Origin: a virus
DNA: 64,000 bases
Strand: one strand, 5' to 3'
Virus record (IMG/VR): IMGVR_UViG_3300015196_000001
Part shown: in pieces, positions 62,266 through 64,000 of the stretch
How the letters are laid out: the number at the start of each line of letters is the position of its first letter
Numbering within the stretch: position 1 is the first letter of the stretch
Translations under genes and position numbers: made by a program
Notes under the pieces: generated by a model
Database searches by the model: none
Seen by the model: only the letters and a program-made list of their open reading frames with translations
Told to the model about the DNA's origin: nothing

Positions 62266-64000
62266 ATGAAACTATTGTTAACCAATCACATGACAGGCGC
62301 AGAGCTGGTACTCGAAGGTAATGATACCCAGTTAGACGCCCAGCTGCGCCTACGATTCCCTGGTGTTATGGCTCATGTACCACATGGGAATATAGCAGCT
62401 GGCCTGTATGAGATATCACGCCTTCAAAACTACGTACTACAGGTGGTTGACGGAGCTATCCCAAGGACAGTAGCACCAAGTAACGCTATTCAGTATGACC
62501 AGCCAGAGCCAGTCCTACAGCCTGAAGTGCCTCTATTTGAGAAATCATTAAATGAATGGCTAGAGAACGACTCTCTTGCCAAGATGGCTATTAAGGATTT
62601 ACAGCCTGGAGAATTAACGTCTGAAAGTCAATTTGAAAATGGAAGTGGTAGTGTCAACAGAGAACATCACGACTATTCACATCTTCTTCCTCAACACCAT
62701 AGAGATAACGGATACAGTATAAGGCTGGAGACAGATACAAGTACTGGTGATTACCCTCGTAAATACATAAAGTCTGAATTGCTTAGAACAACCAGTCGTT
62801 CTAACGGAGGCCCCTTGTGGGCTAAGGTAGGGGAGGTAGTAGGTTTGATGTACCCGACAGACCCGCACCACTTAGATGTTACCTTCTCTGAATTATCAGG
62901 TAATGAACATAAGGGTAAGGGGCTGGGGAAGAGTATGTACGAAGCATTATACGCCCACGCCTATCACGTCCATGGTGCCAAAACAGTAGGTGGAACAACC
63001 CACTCTACTTTAGCTCATAGAGTCCATAGTGGACTTGCTGCAAAGCATGGTCTGGATTACAGAGCTGAAAAAGAGCCGCGCCAAAACCCAGATAACCCCG
63101 GCTCTCTTGAATTTGACAACGCTTTTGGTCAATATAGATATGCTATGAAGTCTGAAACTGAGTCCAAGCGCAATCTTCAAAATGAGATTGCGATCAACAA
63201 GGACTTGGTACAGGACATGCTCGGCTTCAACCCCTCAGCTCATAGCGCCTTTGATACTGCCCGACTTATGTCGGGTGGGCCGCTGTTGTCACTTAACCAG
63301 CTACGTTGTGCACTGTATGAGGAAGATGGCGACATTGAGCGTGCCTCACTTCGTGCCTATGGAATGGAGCCTGATGAAAAGTCTATTAAGATACTGCGCG
63401 ACCTAGCCTACGTAGCACGTCTAGGGAAGAGCATGGACGAGTCTGCACAGAAGGTGGTTACTCCAGGCACCCCCGAGGCAGATGACGCAGCAGCAGCCAT
63501 CTCTAGGGCCTTCAAGGAGCACTCGGCTCAACAGGTATCCATCAACGGGAAATACTCCAAAGGAGCGATGGTAGCCAAAGATCCAAATGGCGGTAAAATC
63601 TACCTACTCAAGCCCTCCTTCGACGGAAACAGCTCAGCAGCTGGAGTCAAGGAAGAGAAAGCGTCTCAGCCACGTCGTGAGGCAGCATTTTCGCACATAG
63701 GACATTCCTTTGGTCTAGGACAAGACTTTGTTCGAGCAGACCTGATTTATGTAGACGGTGCTGAATGGGCAGCCCTAGAGCTTCTCCCCTTTAATTACAA
63801 ATCACTTGACGCACGCTGGAAGCTGGACCGTTCCAAGGTACATAAGCTATTAGAACGATACCGTATGCGTGGTACACTACATAAATGGGCCATCCTGGAC
63901 TTTGTGTTAGGCAACCCCGACCGTCATGGTCAGAATATGATGATTGGTACAGATGACGATCACAGTGAGAACGAGACTATTAAGCTGATTGACCACGGCT
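62266..64000 (+). CDS. Polyvalent protein: leader + GNAT + PI3/4-kinase-like; truncated by the window edge (not in the ORF track)
   Basis: Hand translation: open from ATG 62266 to the end. LAK|MAIKDLQPG, EHKGKGLGKSMY, MK|SE, LGK|SM, YLLKPS, RREAA, DFVLGNPDRHGQN, LIDHG. Confidence 0.85.
   Translation, partial: MKLLLTNHMTGAELVLEGNDTQLDAQLRLRFPGVMAHVPHGNIAAGLYEISRLQNYVLQVVDGAIPRTVAPSNAIQYDQPEPVLQPEVPLFEKSLNEWLENDSLAKMAIKDLQPGELTSESQFENGSGSVNREHHDYSHLLPQHHRDNGYSIRLETDTSTGDYPRKYIKSELLRTTSRSNGGPLWAKVGEVVGLMYPTDPHHLDVTFSELSGNEHKGKGLGKSMYEALYAHAYHVHGAKTVGGTTHSTLAHRVHSGLAAKHGLDYRAEKEPRQNPDNPGSLEFDNAFGQYRYAMKSETESKRNLQNEIAINKDLVQDMLGFNPSAHSAFDTARLMSGGPLLSLNQLRCALYEEDGDIERASLRAYGMEPDEKSIKILRDLAYVARLGKSMDESAQKVVTPGTPEADDAAAAISRAFKEHSAQQVSINGKYSKGAMVAKDPNGGKIYLLKPSFDGNSSAAGVKEEKASQPRREAAFSHIGHSFGLGQDFVRADLIYVDGAEWAALELLPFNYKSLDARWKLDRSKVHKLLERYRMRGTLHKWAILDFVLGNPDRHGQNMMIGTDDDHSENETIKLIDHG

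Noticed and set aside
63171-63177. CAATCTT late-promoter copy ahead of ORF 63182-63406
   Set aside because: It lies inside the continuous 62266->64000 ORF, and 63182 is an out-of-frame shadow.
1-64000. tRNA/rRNA genes, integrase, or stop-codon recoding
   Set aside because: No cloverleaf or rRNA-like segments were seen in the intergenic gaps, no recombinase motif was seen, and long genes are intact in the standard code.

Overview
A 64 kb segment of a large tailed dsDNA bacteriophage genome in the standard genetic code. No tRNA, rRNA or CRISPR array was seen. The left arm (1-15.7 kb, minus strand) encodes replication, nucleotide and chaperone functions: DnaE (runs off the left edge and is missing from the ORF track), a metallophosphoesterase, class II RNR NrdJ, a RuvC-like resolvase, an SbcC/Rad50 ATPase, GroEL and a small wHTH protein. 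A 3x57 bp perfect tandem repeat marks the divergence point and is a candidate origin. The right arm (plus strand) encodes an intein-containing SF2 helicase, a sigma factor lacking region 4.2, a GroES-like protein, an SbcD/Mre11 nuclease, terminase, an intein-containing portal and an intein-containing MuF/gpF protein. A mosaic leftward early region (31-43 kb) follows, with repeated sigma70 promoters and a rightward holin-like gene plus a secreted GH74/GH5-like glycosidase. Then come a prohead protease fusion, scaffold, a SPO1/Twort-like major capsid protein, ThyX and head-completion genes. The most striking feature is a set of head-module polyproteins made of GGDEF, PI3/4-kinase-like (x3), ParB-like (x3), GNAT (x3), ART (x2), NUDIX, papain-like, HhH-like, HicA-like and HEAT modules. 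These modules are separated by a recurrent [hydrophobic]-x-K|[S/A/M/G] motif that also occurs in the capsid propeptide and the scaffold. The protease fusion also carries a 19/25-identical copy of the predicted mature capsid N-terminus. Together this suggests a protease-processed, capsid-packaged effector payload. All domain calls come from reading motifs by eye; no database searches were run.
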